From the NCBI GenBank assembly GCA_031459915.1, contig JAVKHO010000024.1, forward strand, positions 1-35,653: a stretch of DNA of 35,653 bases, in the 5' to 3' direction. This DNA comes from Candidatus Tepidifontimicrobium thermophilum (lineage in GTDB: Bacteria; Sysuimicrobiota; Sysuimicrobiia; Sysuimicrobiales; Sysuimicrobiaceae). Position numbers and translations under genes: made by a program. This document shows positions 35,449 through 35,653 of the stretch, in pieces. Position 1 is the stretch's first letter, and every line of letters begins with the position of its first letter. The notes beneath the pieces were generated by a model. That model saw only the letters and a list, made by a program, of their open reading frames with translations, ran no database searches and was not told where the DNA came from.

Positions 35449-35653
35449 TCGGAAGCGTCGGCAGACGGATACACGCACCGCCCACCCACCACGGTTCGCA
35501 GGACGCGGACCTTTGCAATATCCTCAGGGTCCACCTGGAACGGGTCACGGTCCAGGACCACGAAGTCCGCCCACTTCGCCACCTCCAGGGAGCCCAGCTC
35601 CCTTTCCGCGAACGCGCTGTAGGCAGCCCCCAGGGTGTAGGCCCGGACGGCTT
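35445..35653 (-). CDS. Amidohydrolase (YtcJ-like), C-terminal part, truncated by the window edge
   Basis: Manual translation: AVRAYTLGAAYSAFAERELGSLEVAKWADFVVLDRDPF...VLRTVVGGRCVY, stop at 35445-35447. Confidence 0.88.
   Translation of the reverse strand, partial: AVRAYTLGAAYSAFAERELGSLEVAKWADFVVLDRDPFQVDPEDIAKVRVLRTVVGGRCVYPSADASD

Overview
High-GC bacterial chromosome segment (taxon not determinable here; gene order is Terrabacteria-like). 208-14111 is a minus-strand housekeeping run: rimP-nusA-ylxR-infB-DUF503-rbfA-nrnA-truB-ribF-like-rpsO-pnp-M16 peptidase-dapB-asd, ending in a degenerate 12-16 bp tandem repeat array. 14305-23929 is an accessory catabolic locus: a divergent GntR/UTRA regulator, then a translationally coupled operon of a LarA-family racemase/epimerase, a beta-hydroxyacid dehydrogenase, a DUF1893-ECF S-component fusion, a sugar-type ABC binding protein with two permeases, and an NPP/alkaline-phosphatase-superfamily hydrolase. 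A PPi-dependent PFK follows. 25268-35653 is minus strand: partial amidohydrolase, a sugar ABC transporter, GH125-like glycosidase, mnmA, ytxH-like gene, CCA enzyme, and an orphan parA with a small Cys-rich partner. Most notable: (1) the gene in the ribF position has an intact FAD-synthetase domain, but its riboflavin-kinase domain is replaced by a degenerate Nudix-like domain; (2) orphan ParA coupled to a partner combining a ParB-like activator peptide with a five-Cys domain; (3) the LarA-variant catabolic locus with a DUF1893-ECF fusion. No CRISPR array, rRNA, tRNA or transposase was recognised. All calls come from motif reading by eye; no searches were run.
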